A stretch of 64,000 nucleotides of DNA from the human T2T-CHM13v2.0 reference genome, Homo sapiens: the NCBI RefSeq assembly GCF_009914755.1, contig NC_060940.1. The stretch is one strand, 5' to 3'. Shown here one piece after another: positions 28,050 to 42,200 of this stretch (position 1 is its first letter; every line of letters starts with the position of its first letter). The position numbers were made by a program, and so were the translations under genes. The notes under the pieces were generated by a model. That model did no database searches, was not told the origin of the DNA, and was given only the letters and a program-made list of their open reading frames with translations.

Positions 28050-29058
28050 TGGAATTTATTTTTTAGAGTTGTCTTAAATTCACAGAAAAACTGGGCAGAA
28101 AGTATGAGATGGCCCATATACTCACTCCATACCCCCCAACCCCGCCAGACATTTCCTTCCCCCACTATCAACATCTCTCAGCGAAGGGGTACATGTGTTA
28201 CAAATGAACTCACTGACACATCGTTATCACCTTAAGTCCATAGCAAATATTAAGGATCATTCCTAGTGTTGTACCTACTATGGGTCTGGACAAATTTATA
28301 ATGATGTGTATTCACCATTATAGTCACATACAGAGTAGTTTTCACTGCTGTAAAAATTCTGTGTTCCTCCTGTTTATCCCTCCCTCCCCATAATCCCTGG
28401 CAACCACTGATCTTAGTTTTGCCTTTTCCAGAATGTCATCTAGTTGGAATATGGTATATAACCTTTTCAGACTGGCTTTTTTCACTTAGTAATATGCATT
28501 TAAGGTTTCTGAGTATCTTTTCATGGCTTGATAACTCACTTCTTTTTGGCTCTGAATAATATTCCATTGTCTGGATGTACCACAATTTATTTATCCATGA
28601 ACCTACGGAAGCACATCTTGTTTTTTTTCTAAGTTTTGGTAATGATGAACTGAGCTTTTATAAACATCTGTGTGCAGGTTTTGGTGTGGACATATTTTCA
28701 ACTCCTTTGGGTCAATATCAAGGAGTGCACTTTCTGGATTGCATGGTAATAGTACGTTTAGGTCTCTATGAAACTGCCAAACTGTCTTCCAAAGTAGAAG
28801 ATGTGTTGTAACATTTTGCATTCCCACCAGCAATGAGTGAGAGTTCTTCTTCCTCCATATCATTAGCATTTTGTGCATCTTTAGCATTTTATGTCGGTGT
28901 TCTGGATTTGGGCCATTGGAATAGGTGTGTGGTGATAATTCATGTGGCTTACGTTTACATTTCCCTACACACAAATGATGTAAAGCTGCTTTTTATATGC
29001 TAATTTTTTACCTGCATAGTTTCTTTGGTCAGCTGTCTGTTAAGGTCTTTGGCCCAAC
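28050..29058 (-). mobile_element. L1MA/L1MB-type 3' end and ORF2 C-terminus
   Basis: CCCTGGCAACCACTGATC, GAATAATATTCCATTGTCTGG, CATTTTGCATTCCCACCAGCAATG; minus-strand ORF 28603-28974 is degenerate L1 ORF2. Confidence 0.85.
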
Positions 29059-29059
29059 A

Positions 29060-29236
29060 TTTTTTTTTTTTTTTTTTTTTTTTTTGAGACAGTGTCTCAC
29101 TATGACTCCCAGGCTGGAGTGCAGTTGAGCCATCCTGGCTCACTGCAACCTCTGCCTCCTGGGTTAAAGCAATTCTTGTGCCTCAGACTTTCGAGTAGAT
29201 GGGACTACAGGTATCCGCCACCACGCCCAGCTAATG
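29060..29236 (-). mobile_element. 5'-truncated Alu (right monomer)
   Basis: Poly(T) + GAGACAG...CCACGCCCAGCTAAT, then an abrupt end. Confidence 0.9.
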
Positions 29237-29540
29237 CAACACTATTTTTTTAAGTTTCTCATATAGATTTGTTCTATCAAAAATATGACTTTTATCTCTT
29301 ATAGAGAGTTTATGTATCTTGGTAGAATATTTCTTTTGTTCTACATTAGTTACATTCTTCTGTAATTATCTCTGTGCTCTCCATAAAGATCATTGCTTGT
29401 TTATTCCTTTAAAATAAGATTCGAGTCCACGTGGATAAATGATCATTAGGAAACACTGGCAATTCTGATGTTTCAAATAAGACATGGCCTGTATTTTTAA
29501 GGTAAATATGTTCCACATTCTTTCTTTCTTGAGTTTCTAT

Positions 29541-30024
29541 TGCAGTGGTTAACACTGAGTGTCAACTTGATTGGATTGAGGGACACAAAGTACTAATCCT
29601 GGGTGTGTCTGTGTGAGTGTTGCCTAAACAGATTAACTTTTGAGCCAGTGGGCTGGGGAAGGCAGATCCATCCTTAATCTGGTGGGCACAATCTAATCAG
29701 CTTCCAGGGAATATAAAGCAGGCAGTAGAATGTGAAAAGGAGTAAAGGGCCTACCCTCCCAGCCTATATCTTTCTCTCGTGCTGGATGTTTCCTGCCCTC
29801 AAACATCAGACTATAAGTTCTTCAGTTTAGGAACATGGACTGGCTCTCCTTGCTCCTCAGCTTGCAGACAGCCTGTTGTGGGGCCTTGTGAGTTAATACT
29901 TAATAAACTCCTCTAGATAGATAGATAGATGATAGATAGATAGATAGATAGATAGGTAGATAGAGATAGGTAGATAGATAGATATAGCCTGTTAGTTCTG
30001 TCCCTCTAAGAGAACCCTAATACA
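29541..30024 (+). mobile_element. MLT2A (HERV-L) solo LTR containing a (GATA)n STR
   Basis: TGGTTAACACTGAGTGTCAACTTGATTGGATTGA...GTTCTGTCCCTCTAAGAGAACCCTAATACA. Confidence 0.9.
29914..29986. repeat. (TAGA)n tetranucleotide microsatellite
   Basis: Compound TAGA/TAGG array. Confidence 0.95.
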
Positions 30025-30261
30025 CTATACTTCATTAAGTAGTACCAGTTTGAAACTAATTTAATAAATAAAATTTACTATTTTATTTGTGTTTATAGCA
30101 TTTTCTACCCTCTTCTCCCTTAGGTAACCATATTTTAACTGTTTGTCATTTATCCTTCCATAGTTTTTACTATAATCATACATGTACAAATATAGTTTAT
30201 TACCATTGCCTTATTTTGCATTATAAGGACCAGAATGGCTAAATCAGAAGCCATCCTAATA

Positions 30262-30262
<1 letters not shown>

Positions 30263-30305
<43 letters not shown>

Positions 30306-30312
30306 TACACAC
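30263..30312. repeat. (CT)n(CA)n compound microsatellite
   Basis: Direct reading. Confidence 0.95.
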
Positions 30313-30404
30313 TTTTGCATTTCTTTTTCATCAGTAAGATTTACATGTCTATAAAAATTCAGAAAACTTAAGCAGATTCTTAGATATTTTTCTATTTAAT
30401 GATG

Positions 30405-32158
30405 AGATGTATGTTCTCTCTCCTTGAATCTGGGTGGGCATGTCACTGCTTCAGTCAAAAAAAAGTAGGGTTAAATGAGTTCCACTCGTAGGTTATATAA
30501 TGTCATGCAGCTTTTACCTTATTTACTTTAACACTTGGTCTTGGAGATTTGACAAGCTGCCATGCAGGAAGTCCAACTACTTTGAGACTGCCGTGCTAAA
30601 GAGGCAACAACTTTGTGGAAAATGAAATTAAAATGTAAACTTTTAAAAACAGAAACTTTATTTCTCAACATAAGCTCCATCAAGTTCACAACACTTTTGT
30701 AAGCAAAGATACTAGCCATTTCGTCAACCACTAAAGAACTGAAGGTCTGGGAATTTATCCATGCAGTTTTGTTTTGTTTTTTTAAAATTACTAAGAAAAA
30801 TGTGTGCCCTTTACAGATTTTTGTAAAGATTAGTAAACAAAAAGAAATCAGCAGGAGCCAAATCAGGACTGTCACATGGATGCCTCATGATTTACAATCA
30901 AAACTCTCACACAATTGTCTTTGTTGATGGGAGAGGTGAGCAGAGGCATAGTCATAGAGAAGGACCATCTGGTGAAGCTTTTCTGCTAAATATTTGCCTT
31001 TCTCTAAATACTCTTTATTATGGACAGATGTTATCATTCTTAGGCCCTCCAGAAAGCTAACAAGTAAAATTCCTTGAGCATCCCAAGAAACTCTTGCCAT
31101 GACCTTTGCTCCTGACTGGTCTGGTTTGCTTTGCATTTCTTTTTCATCAGTAAGATTTACATGTCTATAAAAATTCAGAAAACTGTTTCCTGTTACAATT
31201 ACTCAAAGAAATGCTTCAAAATCTTGTTCTCACTTGTTTAAAATGTCCATTGAAAGCTCTTCTCTTGTCTGCAGCTGATCTGCGTGCAATAGTTTTTGCA
31301 TTTGAGTGGAAAGGTTTACAAATTGATAACTCATTTTAAGAAGAAAAACAAGACAGTGTTGAAGATGAAACCCACAGTGGAAAACCATCCATATCAATTT
31401 GTGAACAAAAATATTTATCTCGTTCATGCCCTATTGAAGAGGACTGATGAGCAATAGCACAAATAACAGTCAACACCATAGACATCTCATCTGGTTCAGC
31501 TTACACAATTCTGACTGAAAAATTAAAGTTATCAGTTTGTAAACTGCTCATTTATTTGAGATCTTCCCATAAACTTTTCATAAAGCGTCAATGATTTTTA
31601 CCAATCTTCCACCCAAGCTTCACCATAATTTTGCTGTTTGCTTTTGCTATAATATCAGCAGAATTTCATATTACTTTGATAAAGGCCCTTTTCAAACTGA
31701 TGTCTTATCTTTCTTAGTGCCTCAAATTAGACCTTGTTTAGACGTGTTATAAAAAGTCAGTATTAACTTATTTTGATTCCAATTATTTTTAAATATATGT
31801 ATCTAATTTTTAATAATGAGTATTTTCATAAACTTTTTGAAAACTACCCATAGTTGTCGAAAATTTTTTCAGCAGACCAGGTTTGTTCTGGTCAAGAGTA
31901 TTGCCTGAGTCCATCATTTAACCATTACAACTCAGGGACCAGACATATAAGTAAAGAAACCACCATGAAAATGCACTCACAGTCCCTAGTCTTCCAAATC
32001 CCTAGTGGATGAATCACCTTGAGTCATGTAAAGATTTTCTGAAACAGAAAATTTGACATTACATCCTTGCCAATTTCCAAACTCACAGCAACCATGAAAA
32101 GAATAAAAAAATTTTAATCATCTCTCATATTTGAGGGTTTTTTTTTGTAGAACAACAT
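30405..32158 (+). mobile_element. MLT1 (H/J-like) LTR split by HSMAR2
   Basis: CTCCTTGAATCTGGG...GCTGCCATGCAGGAAGTCCAA on the left; CCAAACTCACAG...AGAATAAAA...TTTGTAGAACAA on the right. Confidence 0.6.
30608..31851 (-). mobile_element. HSMAR2 mariner transposon, decayed and rearranged
   Basis: Minus-strand peptide AKVMARVSWDAQGILLVSFLEG matches Hsmar2 transposase (KVMATVFWDAQGILLVDFLEG); ITR remnants GTGGAAAATG and TTTTCATAAACTTTTTGAA. Confidence 0.88.
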
Positions 32159-32262
32159 CCTATTTCCATTATCATATTATGATATTTGCACAAACTTTAA
32201 TTCCATGGCTTTCTAGGGATCTTCTCTTAGAATAAAAGTCCACATGAAGATACACAATTAAC

Positions 32263-34857
32263 ATCAAAAAAGAAAACTGTAGATCAATATCTCAGATTAA
32301 TATTGATGCAAAAATTCTCACAAAAATATTAACAAACTGAATTCAACAATGCACTAGAAAAATTATTCAACACCAACAAGTGGGATTTATCCCAGGGATG
32401 TAAGAATGGTTCAACATACACAAATCAATCAATGTGATACATCATCATATCCATGAAATGAAGGAAAAATCACATGATCATTTCAATTGATGCTGAAAAG
32501 CATTTGATACAATTCCAAATCTCTTCATTTTAAAAACCCTCAAAAAACTAGGTATAGAATGAACATACCTCAACATAATAAAAGCCATATACAATAGTCC
32601 CACAGCTAGCATCCTACTGAATGGGAAAAACTGAAAGCCTTTCCTCTAAGATCTGGAACAACAAGGATGCCAACTTTAACCATTGTCATTCCACATGGTA
32701 GTGGAAGCCCTAGCTAGAACAATCAGACAAGAGAAAGAAATAAAAGGCATCCAAATCGTAATGGAAGAAGTCAAATTAACCTTGTTGCAGACGATATAAT
32801 CTTACATTTGGAATAACATAATGACTCCACAAAACTATTAGAACTGATAAATTCAGTTAAATTTCAGGATACAAAATCAACATACAAAAATCAGTGGCAT
32901 TACTATATGTCAAGAGTGGACAGTATGAAAAAGAAAAAACGGAATCCCATTTACAATAGCCACACATAAATTAAATACCTAGAAATTAACTGAACCAAAG
33001 AAGTGAAAGATGTCCGTAATAAAAACTGTAAAACACTGATGAAAGAAATTGAAGAGGACACCACAAATGGAAAAATATTCCACATTAATGGATTGGAAGA
33101 ATCAAAAGTGTTAAAGTGTCTATACTATCCAAAGCAATCTACAGATTCAATACAATTTTTATTAAAATACCATGACATTCTTCTCAGAAATAGAAAAACA
33201 TATCCTAAAATTGATATGGAACCAGAAAAGACCCAGAGTAATCAAAATTATCCTAAGCAAAAGAACAAAACTGGAAGACTCATATTACCTGACTTCAAAT
33301 TATACTACAGAACTATAGTAAAAAAACAGCATGGTACTCATATAAACACAGACACATAGACCAATGGAACATATAGAGAACCTAGAAACCAATCCACATG
33401 CTTGCTCTTAACCCATTTTCAACAGTTTCCAAGAACATGCATTGGATGAAAAGCAGTTTCTTCAATAAATGGTGCTGGGGAAACTGGATATCCATATGCA
33501 GAAGAATAAAACTAGACCCCTACCTCTCACCAAATACAAAAATCAAATCAAAGTGGAATGAAGACTTAAATATAAGCCCTCAAACCATTAAACTACTACA
33601 AGAAAACTTTAGGGAAAATCTCTAAGACATTGGTCTGGTCAAAAATTTCTTGAGCAATACCCCACAAGCATAGGCAACCAATGTAAGAATGGACAAATGG
33701 GATCATATCAAGTTAAGAAGTTTGTTCACAGCAAAGGAAACAATCAACAAAGTGAAGACAACCCACAGAGTGGGGGAAAACATTTTCAAACTACCCATTT
33801 GGCAAGGGATTAATAACCAGAATATATAAGGAGCATAAATAACTCTATAGGAAAGAATATATAATGATATCATCAAAAAATGGGCAAAATTTTGAATAGC
33901 TGTTTCTCAAAAGAAGATATACACATGGAAAACAGGGACATGTAAATTTTCTTAACATCAGTTATCATCAGAGAAATACAAATCAAAACTACAATGAGGT
34001 ATTACCTCACCCCAGTTAAAATGGCTTATATCCAAAAGATGGACAATAACAAATACTGGTGAAAATGTGGAGAAAATGGTACCCTTGTACATTGTTGGTG
34101 GGAATGTAAATTAGTACATCTACTATGGAGAGCAGTTTGGATGTTTCTCAAAAAAACAAACAAACAAACAAACAAAAATTGAGCCACTATATCATCCAGC
34201 AATTGCACTGCTGGGTATATACCCAAAAGAAAGGAAATCAGTATATTGAAGACATATCTGCACTCCTGTGTTTGTTGCAGCACTGTTCACAGTAGCTGAC
34301 TCAGAAGCAATTTAAATGTCTATCAACAGATTAATGGATAAAGAAAATGTAGTACATATACACAATGAAGTGCTATTCAGCCAGAAAAAAAAGAATGAGA
34401 TCATCTCGTTTGCAACAACATGGATGGAACTGGAGGTCATTCTGTTAAGTGAAATAAGCCAGGCACATAAAGAGAAATCCCACATGTTCTTACTTACTAC
34501 GGACATAGTAGGTGGAAGGATTGTTACCAGAGGCTAGAAAGTGTAGTAGGGGTTTGAAGGGAGGTGAGGATAGTTAATGAGTACAAAAATGTAATTTTAA
34601 AAAATGAATAAGACCTACTATTTAATAGTAGTACATCAGGGTGAATATAATCAATTGCAACTTAATTGTACATTTTAAAATAACTAAAAGAGTAGAATTG
34701 GATTGTTTGTAACACACAGGAAAAATTATTGATGTATACATTATTATCTATGATGTGATTATTACATATTGTATTAGTGTATCAAAACATCTTATGTACC
34801 TGATAAATATATATACCTACTATGCATCCACAGAATTAAAAATAAAACAATTTTAAA
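32263..34857 (+). mobile_element. 5'-truncated L1MA (L1MA1-3-like), RT domain to poly(A)
   Basis: Frameshifted ORF2 ([32 protein letters not shown]); L1MA-type 3'UTR; TSD AAGATA(C/T)ACAATT(A/G)ACA at ~32247 and ~34858. Confidence 0.92.
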
Positions 34858-36904
34858 AAGATATACAATTGACAAATCTTTGACACAATTATTAAACTAT
34901 AAAGCCTAATCCAAATCTCCTTCTAATATTTCCCAAATACAAACAATAGATCCTAAAGCATTTCTCACTGCTAGAAGAAGCAGAGATAAAAAAAAAATCA
35001 TCAGTGTTCCAATCTGCTGGAAAGTATGGCCTAATAAGTATTGTGAAATCAAATTTGATGCCCTTTGATTTGTAATTCTCGTCCTTAGTGAGGAGATAAC
35101 AGAAAAGGACTATTTGACAAAAATCTAGTCACAAAAGACAAAAATGAAGAGCCTATAACAGCATAAAATAGACTAAGGAGAATTGGGGAGAAAGGCCTGC
35201 CAACGGCCCTAAAAATAATGAATTTAGGATTGGGTTCCTGGAACTGTCATACGCTGGTATAAATTCAGAGTGCTTAAAGGATGGAACTATAGTGCAGGGT
35301 GATTCATCAAATGACAGAGTTGAAGGAGAATATCTTTAAATTTCCTTCTAATGCCATATATCTGTGAATCTAGTTTTGTGTCCTCAAGTTCATAGGATGA
35401 TCTGTCTACAACAATACAGGATCCAGTATGGGATATGTTTCTAACAACTATGTGGAGTGCCATGTTTCATACGTAAGTGGAAACACAGCTGAGAGTATTT
35501 TATCAAATTTTTTTCCAGTTTGGTTCTCACAGCATATAGATACTGTGGAGACATTTCAAATGTTGGTGTTATTTCTTAACTTCCCTTGATTTGTGTCATT
35601 CCCTGTGCTTACATGCAAAGAGGCCAGAGTGTCAATAACATGTCTTATCTTTAGAAGTCATTGTATATCATATCCCAGCCAGTGTAGTATGGGATTTATG
35701 AATCATTCTTCTTGGTGGTATATTTTAATGGTATCAGTAATTGCTGATAATCCATTAGCATGTGAGCACTTAAGACAATAATTAACCTATCATTCTTACA
35801 CTAACATCACGTGTGGTTAGCATCTTTATCTGGTGACATTTCCATCTGGTAAAAGTAGAGAGAATTTAAACTGAAGTCAAAGAGATTATAAACTGAAATC
35901 AATTTCTTTTATTTGGGATGCTGATATATCAGAGAGCTTGAAATGTGAAGGCAATACTTTTTTAATTTAAAATTTACTTTGATGTTAAAAAATGAGTTTA
36001 GCTTCAAAGTTTATTTTAGGTTAAGCTTGGAACACAGGTAAATGGTAAACCTCTGCTGAATCAGACACACTGACTTCCCACATAGAAACCATTTGATAAA
36101 GTAATCTGCTTGTTGAGCCAAAGATAAAATTCACACCAAGAAGCCTAAATAAATAATGCCACATATGTAATATGCATTCCAGAAATTGAACTGCTTTATT
36201 ATCAACTTTTAATGTTTAATAAGCAACAAAGTCTGAATGGCATATTTGAGAAAAAAATTCAATGTGGAATTAACAGAGCTGGAACAAATTCCTAGACACT
36301 ACCTAAGTGTCTTGACAAAACCATCTAATCCTTCTGAGTTGACTCTTCTATATAATGAAGAAAATAATATATATCAATTTAACAACTGTAAATTTCTAAT
36401 TTATAAAAAGTTGTAAAGCTGTCTCCTACAGAATTTTAGGATTAACCTGTTAACTATAGAAATAAAATAAGGCAGTAGTTCGACAGTGTTTTATCCTATA
36501 TCCTAAGAAAGGTTTGAAAATGAATAGGGACCAGAACCATCATCTGTTAGCAACAGAGTACATTTCCCAAATAGAATCCAATCCAGAAGTTTTGCATTGC
36601 TTCATGTAATATAATGGAATATATAAATTCTCTGTCTGCATGATTACAGAAAGAAGCTATTTGCTGAAGCTTTATCAGAATAAGGTGACTCTGAAGAAGA
36701 TTAAATTGTAAAATTATTCACTTACAAGATAAAATTTTTGGTTAAAAAATGGTGTCCAAGTAAATGACAGAACCTGGATGCATATTCAAATAAACTTATC
36801 GGCCTCTTCCAAGTTACATCAGCTTGGACAACTGAGGAGTGAGGCCACTTGGTAAAGTTACCTGAAAACAACTGGATAATCTGAGGTGAAATACTCATGG
36901 AAGA

Positions 36905-37040
36905 GAGGAAATATAAAAATCATGGGCTTTGGAATCATTCAAATCTTTGCATATATTCTGACTCCGTAGTTGATTAAATGTGTGAGTTTGGACATCCAAC
37001 TGATCCCTCTGAGCTTGTGTCTTCATTTATAAATTGAAAG
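36905..37040 (+). mobile_element. MIR remnant
   Basis: CATGGGCTTTGGAATCA...TGTGTGAGTTTGGAC...CTCTGAGC...CTTCATTTATAAA. Confidence 0.6.
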
Positions 37041-37264
37041 TCTAGTTTTCATCAAACATACCAGATCCTATGGATATCATCATTAATTCCTGTCCCAAGA
37101 CATATCAAAATTTTCATCCAAAAAATCACATTTTGGAAGACTTATGCTAAAACATTTTGATGCTAAAAACCAAAATTTATCTTTATTGCTTGTTACATAT
37201 GCAATGTTTTATCTTTTTATTAATATGTTTAATATTTTTTAAAGTAATGGCAATTTATGAGTAT

Positions 37265-37637
<373 letters not shown>

Positions 37638-38164
37638 TAAAAAGTTTCTTGACAATCCTCCTTCAAAAAAGAATCACAGTCCAGTGTATACATGTATATT
37701 TTATTTACATAAATAACAATGTATAATGTACACTGTTATGCATCTTACTTTTGATATAAAATGCTTAGAAATAACTCTCTTCATCAGGATAGTTTGGATA
37801 GTATCAGTAATTATTTGCACAATGTTTAATTGGATCTCTTGATTTAGATATTTTGAAAACAGTGGAAACCATTAAGAATATATTTAATCAAAACAAGCAG
37901 GAGTTGATACTCAATATTCTTGATTTACTCAAAATTATGGTGGAAAGTAGATTCTCTGCATCTATTGTTTAATAAAGGACTTCTGGTTAAGGAAGCACTG
38001 TGAGGTGAATAGCACAATAAACTGAATTCAAACCACATCTCAGTCACTTCCTTATCTTGTATGTTGAGAAGATATTATACCTCCCCAGGCCTCAGTTTTC
38101 CCATATTTAAAAAAAATTGAGAAGACCTACTCAATATTTGCTTTCAAAACATGCTACAGAGTTG

Positions 38165-39182
38165 GATAATATATTAGCAAACCACGTATCTGGTAAAGGT
38201 CTAATGTCTAGAATATACAAAGAATTCTCCAAATGGAGTAGTAAAATAAATAAATAATTCAATTCAAAAAATGGGCAAACGTTATCAAAATTCATTTCAC
38301 TGAAGAGGAGGCATAGAAGGGAAATAATCAAATGAAAATATTTTTAGTATCATCAGCTATTTGGGACATGAAAATCAAAATCACAAAAGTTATCACTACA
38401 TTCTTACCAGAATAGCTAAAATGAAAACAAAAATATTTTTAAGTGGCAACCCAAAATGCCAATGAACATGAAGAGAAATTGGACCATTCATATATTGTTG
38501 GTGGAAATGTAAAATGATGTAGCCACTCTGGGTAAGTATTTGAAAGTTTCTTTTTAACAGTTAATATGCACCTACCATGTGACCCAACAATTGCACTAAT
38601 GGGCATTTATGCCAGAGAAATAAACAAGTATGCTCACATCAAAGTGTTTATATGAATGTTTATACATTATCAGCTTTATTCATAATGGCATAGACATGGA
38701 AATGACTGAAGTTCTTCAATAAGCGAATGAGTAAATAAACTCTGATCATACCACAGAACACTAGTCAGTGATAAAAAGATACAAACACTATTGATACACT
38801 CAGCAGCCTGGATGACCTCAAGTAATTATGCTAAGTGGAAAAGGCCAAATCTCAAACCTACTCTGTGATTCCATTTATGTAACATCTACAAATGACAAAA
38901 ATACAGAATAAAAGAAAAGATTCATGGTTGCTGGAGTTAAATGGGGGAGGGAGGGTAGGAGGAAGTGGGTGTGGCTGGAAGAGGACACATACAGCATCCT
39001 TGTGCTGATGGAACTATTCTGTATCTTGACTCTATCAGTGTCAATATGCTAGTGGTGGTATTGTACTGTACAGTTGCAACCTGTTGCCATTGGTGAAAAG
39101 TGGATAACAGCAACGTGGCTTCCTTAGGATCTTTGTGTATTATATTTGACATGTGATAAAATTACCTCAAAATAAAAAGATT
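38165..39182 (+). mobile_element. Old L1M (L1MC-type) ORF2 end and 3'UTR
   Basis: GTATCTGGTAAAGGTCTAATGTCTAGAATATACAAAGAA, GTGACCCAACAATTGCACT, GATTCCATTTATGTAACA. Confidence 0.85.
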
Positions 39183-39227
39183 AATAGTAATAGCAAAAGC
39201 GATTTTGTTGCACTGTCTCCCATATTC

Positions 39228-39543
39228 TTTATTTTTATTTTATTTTATTTATTTTATGTTTTTTGAGACAGAGTTGCCCTCTCTCTCAGGCTGGAGTGCA
39301 ATGCATGATCTCAGTTCACTGCAACCTCAGCCTCCTGGGTTCAAGCGATTTTCCTGCCTCAGCCTCCTGAGTAGCTGGGATTACAGGCGCATGTCAGCAT
39401 GCCCGGCTAATTTTTATATTTTTAGTAGAGACATGGTTTCATCATGTTGGCCAGGCTGCTCTCAAACTCCTGACCTCAGGTGATCCACCCTCCTCGGCCT
39501 CCCAAAGTGCTGGGATTACAGGCATGAGCCACCATGCCCAGCC
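39228..39543 (-). mobile_element. AluSx/Sz-like
   Basis: Antisense dimer with a (TTTTA)n tail. Confidence 0.93.
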
Positions 39544-40211
39544 TTCATATTTGTTACTCCATTGTTTTTTGATGAGAAATCTATAGTATACAAATCATTG
39601 TTTCCTTATATAAAATATCTTTCTTTTCTCTGGCTGTTTCAATACTTTTTCCCTTAATAGTTTGGTTTTCAGCAGTTTTGTTATGATATGTGTAAGCGTG
39701 GTTTACTTTACATTTACTTCTACCCTACTAGTCACTTTTCCAGCTGCCTGCCCTCCATCATCAACTAATCTGCCTGCTTTTGTATTTTTCTCAGAGTCCT
39801 TAGGTATTTTATTGGTATATTGCTCGGTATTTGTGGTTGGAATCAGAATTGTTTTGAAGGGGAACTGAATACTATTCTGATAAAAGATGTTTGAACTGTT
39901 ATTTTAATATTTTTTTCCCCAAAGTCATGTTATAATAATATTCTAATTAACCTAATTCAATATATACATGTTTCTGTAATGGGCAAAAGTTACATTCTTA
40001 TCAGAATGGCTATATCACATATATCAATTATATATAAAATGTTTACATAAAGCTTTATATATAATACACAATATATAATTATATATGTATAAATATTTAT
40101 GTAAATATATATGTATACTTATATAAATATAAAAATTATTTATGTAACTATATCCATTCCTTCTCTTCATGTACCTTACACAATAATATGCAAATAAAAG
40201 AATATAGTTCA

Positions 40212-40351
40212 GAAGAGTATGTGGAACTGAATTTAATTGGGAATTTTTATAATAATTATCTATTTTACTCAACTAGGGAAGAGTATGTGGAACTGAATTT
40301 AATTGGGAAATTTTATAATAATTATCTATTTTACTCAACTAGGGAAGAGTA
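40212..40351. repeat. Tandem duplication, 66-bp unit x2 with 8-bp terminal microhomology
   Basis: GAAGAGTA recurs at 40212, 40278 and 40344; the two units differ at 1 position. Confidence 0.95.
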
Positions 40352-40403
40352 ATAGCAAGTATTTCAGACTCATTTTCTCTAGAAAATCTTATTTGCCAAA
40401 CCC

Positions 40404-40708
<305 letters not shown>

Positions 40709-41699
40709 GCCAAACCCTATTTTTTAAGACCATCACAAGACTAAAGATTCTAATAATCTTTAATCAGTCTTTATTGAAATTACAAAGAGGGACTTTATTT
40801 GTGACTTTTTGGCTTTGAGGCATAGGAACTGTATGAATATAAGAAAATTATTTATTCCTTGCTGGGAATAAACAGCATTATCAGATGATGTTTAGGTGAC
40901 CCCAAGCACCCAGAAAGCAACAACACATGTGGTTCCTTTCAAGGTCATTCCAAAGCTCTGCTTTCTGTCATTTGCCATCCAATATTCCCTAGTTCCTCTT
41001 TGCACCTCATTATGGTGTTTGTAAGTTCAGAGAAGCTGATTTTGCTTACCGAAGAAGAGAAGAACAGACCATAGCCAATCGTCTGATCAGAGCATAAACA
41101 AAGTCTCCTAATTGACTGATCGAAAACTACTATGGCTGTGTTATTGAAGTCTCAAACGTAGACTTGGTAATACAGCACAGCAGTGCTTGCACTTTCTCAC
41201 TGCCTCTGAATTTTTTAAGAACTATCTTCACCTTGCAAGATTTGCTACACATCCCTGGCAGGCCTCTCTCTTCCGTGCCCCTGTGGCTTTGCAGCAAGTT
41301 GTCCTTTCTATGTGAACTTCCTTTACCACCTTTCACCATCTCTGAGATTTGCCTTTGTATAACTAGTATAACTACTAATTTTCGAGTGAGCAAATCCAGT
41401 TTTAAACGTTTCTCCTAAAGTAGTTATTAGATAAATACACCAGGATATGTGATAATGCGTGTGTGAGAAAATGTTCACTGTGACAATGTTTAAAACACAT
41501 TGTATAATGTATAATGACAATGTATAAAAAACCATTTGTATAACTACTCTGATAACTAGTATTGCATATCAGTGCAAACTGCATAGATCTAAAGAATAGC
41601 TAATATTATTCCACCACGGTTTATTTCAGTTGTTGAATTCAACAGAACTTTTCTGAATAACTACCATAACCAGGCACTATGACAGTTTCTATAGCTATG

Positions 41700-42200
41700 A
41701 CTCCGTCATTTATATATTCTACAAATATACATTTAGTGCCTACTATGTGCCAAGAAAACTTCTAGGTTCTAGGAACATGGCAGAGAACAGAGAGACAATC
41801 ACCCTGCTAACATGAAGCAAACATTTTCAAAAGGTAGATACAAAACATATGAGCCAAATTAAAATATTACAGTAGCTGGTAATACATGCACTGAAGAAAT
41901 GAAAAAGGTAAGGCAACAGTATTTATCTCTTAAAGAGCTCACAATCCAATGGATAAATAGATTTAATAAAATGAAATACCAAGAAGTAAGGCAAGTGTTA
42001 TTGGAAAGTAACTATAGGATAATACAAAATAGCAGATGAGATGACCTACAGACTAATTATGGAGTGAAAAGTGTGTGCAAGAGATTAGCTGGCTTATGAA
42101 GATGTGAAAATGTAGAACTGGGAGAAATGAGAGGGGAGAGCCACTCAGCCTGTGAGACTAGCCTAGGAAAGGTCCTAGCAGTATCCCTCTGCATGGAAAA
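41700..42200. mobile_element. L2 remnants
   Basis: AAATATACATTTAGTGCCTACTATGTGCCAAG...CCCTGC...AAGAGCTCACAATCCAATGG. Confidence 0.6.

Noticed and set aside
30885-31136. Mariner transposase ORF as an active or domesticated gene
   Set aside because: Fragmentary, with stops, a deletion and an inversion.
33003-34537. RT-like ORF fragments as functional CDS
   Set aside because: Frameshifted pieces of a decayed, 5'-truncated L1MA ORF2.
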